Source of the DNA: Batkoa obscura
Taxonomy: Eukaryota
Length of the DNA stretch: 64,000 nt
NCBI GenBank assembly: GCA_030770535.1
Contig: JASVEC010000024.1
Location: 310,001 to 374,000 of the forward strand
Direction: 5' to 3'
Shown: in pieces, positions 61,987 through 64,000 of the stretch
Numbering within the stretch: position 1 is the first letter of the stretch
Layout of the letters: every line of letters starts with the position of its first letter
Notes under the pieces: model-generated
What the model saw: the letters and a program-made list of their open reading frames with translations, nothing else
Databases searched by the model: none
What the model was told of the DNA's origin: nothing
Translations under genes and position numbers: made by a program

Positions 61987-64000
61987 TTATTTTAATCTAT
62001 ATTAATAATAGCTTGATATTGAGTTAATATTAAATTAGCACACTTTTTTGTTAATGAAATTAATTGTTGGTTGGTATGAGTAGTGATAATATCTAATATA
62101 TATAATTAATAATAAGATAGAATAATTGAACAAATAATTAGTTACCTTGACAAATATTAAGTATATTTTCAATATTTAAAAAATAAATATCATTAAATTT
62201 AATATTTAAAAATATCTTAGATAACATTAATATACACCAATATAAGATAGTATCATTATTAAGTTTTAACCAATAATTTAGAATCAAATTAAATAATTTC
62301 AATTTAATAATTTCATAATTAGGATGATATTTTAAACTTAATAAGATTGTATAGTTTAATTGTAATAATTTATTTAATATTATTATAGATATGCTATTCT
62401 TTTGTATTGTTATTTGTGTATTATTATTTAATTGATTTATTAATGGAAGAAATATATGCTTATAAATACCTTGTTTTAATTTATTATTATTATTATTATT
62501 ATTTGTTAAAATACTTTTATTATTTGTTTGATTCAATAAAATATTTTTACTTTTCCATTTTAAATTACCAATTTGATTATTATTATTATTAATCGTTTGT
62601 TGCTGTTGCTGTTGCTGTTGTAAATTATCAATACTATTAATTAAATCAATTAAACCATCTACTGCTATTAAAGTATTAAATAAATTTAATTTATCTTCTA
62701 AAATAAATTGTAAATAAATATCAATACAAGAATAAAATGACTTTTTTAGTATATAAACTATCATTTCTTTTCTTAATGCTAATTCCTCTTCTCTTTTTTT
62801 GTCATCATTATTTTCTAATTTTAATAGTATTTTTATTAATTGTTGGCTTTCTTTATTTAATTGTTGTAAATCACTGTTATGTATTATTGATTTCATATGT
62901 TGAATAGCTAATTGATTATATTCAACATTTTCTTTTTCTTTAAAGTATTCGATCAATTCAACTAAATTTCTAAAATATAAAATATTAATTATTATTAATA
63001 TGATTGTTATTTACGTTTACCTTGGTTCTTTAATTAAATTATTATTATTATTATTATTATTTAATATAGTGTTAATATCAATTTCACTTTCTATTTCTTC
63101 ATCGGAATCAAATGGGTCATTATCTTCTTTATTATTTATAATTTTAATTTCATTATCATTTAAGCCCTTATTCTCTATATTCTCTATTTTAATACTCTCG
63201 TCTTTACCAAATAAATATTCATAATAAATTAAATTGTTATTATTAAATAATTTAAAATTTAATTCCAATTGTAATTTATTATTATTAATAAATTTTAATA
63301 AAATAAAATAATTATATTTAATAAAATTATTTGGTTGTTCCATTATTTTAATAAAAAACGTATTAGTTAAACTAGAACTTAAATTAATATTTGAATTTTG
63401 TTTAATTGATTTAAATAATACAAAATAGATTTGATTCATGAAATTATAATCATTTAATTGTTGAATTGTAATGCTATTAAGTATTAACTCGATTAATTGA
63501 CTAACATTGTTACTATTTGATGAATTCTTAAATAAATAACTCATAAAATTGACTAATAAATTCACTATTTTTAATTTGAAATTTTCTTTCATAATAACTT
63601 TAAATAGCCCGTTTTTAAATAGGTGTTCTTGTACAACATCTTTTTTATCTTTTAATTCATAAAACAATCCTATTATTATACTATTATTAATATTCTTATC
63701 ATCAAATTCATTTTGGTTTAATAATCTTTCAATATCTTCTTCTTTTTCTTCTTCTTTTTCTTCTTCTTTATTATTGCCCTTTAATAAATTTAAAATCATT
63801 AATATTAATTCAATGTTAATTAATTTAAATTCCTTGATTGCTAATATTGATCCTAAACATTCACCTTTTTGTTGTTTTTTTATATTGTTGATGAAACCAT
63901 CGAGAAATAAATCTATAGAATAAAACATTATGAATAGAAAATAGAAAATAGTAATTATTTATACTTACCCAAATATCTCAATCGATGTAACTTTAATATA
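61987..64000 (-). CDS. Unknown helical (ARM/HEAT-like?) Asn-rich protein, 3' part, spliced
   Basis: Long ORFs 63017-63928 and 62138-62956 are linked by GT-AG introns, with a short last exon ending at 61987. No family recognised. Confidence 0.6.

Overview
Very AT-rich eukaryotic genomic DNA with compact genes and many short (about 40-60 nt) GT-AG introns. Gene content and protein style point to an early-diverging fungus; an Entomophthorales/Conidiobolus-like lineage is a guess, not a determination. Housekeeping genes in order: CLPTM1-like (partial), ARMC7, MAG1-type glycosylase, RGS-like protein, ER FKBP, TAD3, AOS1, bL36m, ketopantoate reductase, TMA22/DENR, ORC2, an EED/LRWD1-like WD40 protein, a divergent MCM10, a P2C (Na/K-type) ATPase, HSP90, COQ9, a PI-PLC X-domain protein, DPM1 and a partial unknown gene. 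Five things stand out. (1) A family of intronless, secreted, 10-Cys proteins of about 372 aa with a C-terminal hydrophobic hairpin and amphipathic helix: three intact genes, one microhomology-deleted pseudogene and one 5' relic, with mosaic gene-conversion tracts. (2) About 20 copies of a roughly 105-bp MITE-like element (ATATGGGGATG...CATCCCCATAT), three times arranged left end to left end. (3) A decayed tandem amplification of a ketopantoate reductase + secreted gene unit, and a duplicated TAD3 3' fragment. (4) A tight ORC2 / WD40 / MCM10 trio of possible replication-initiation genes. (5) A protein with three transposase-like HTH repeats and no catalytic domain. All calls come from reading the sequence by eye; exon boundaries and relic boundaries are approximate.
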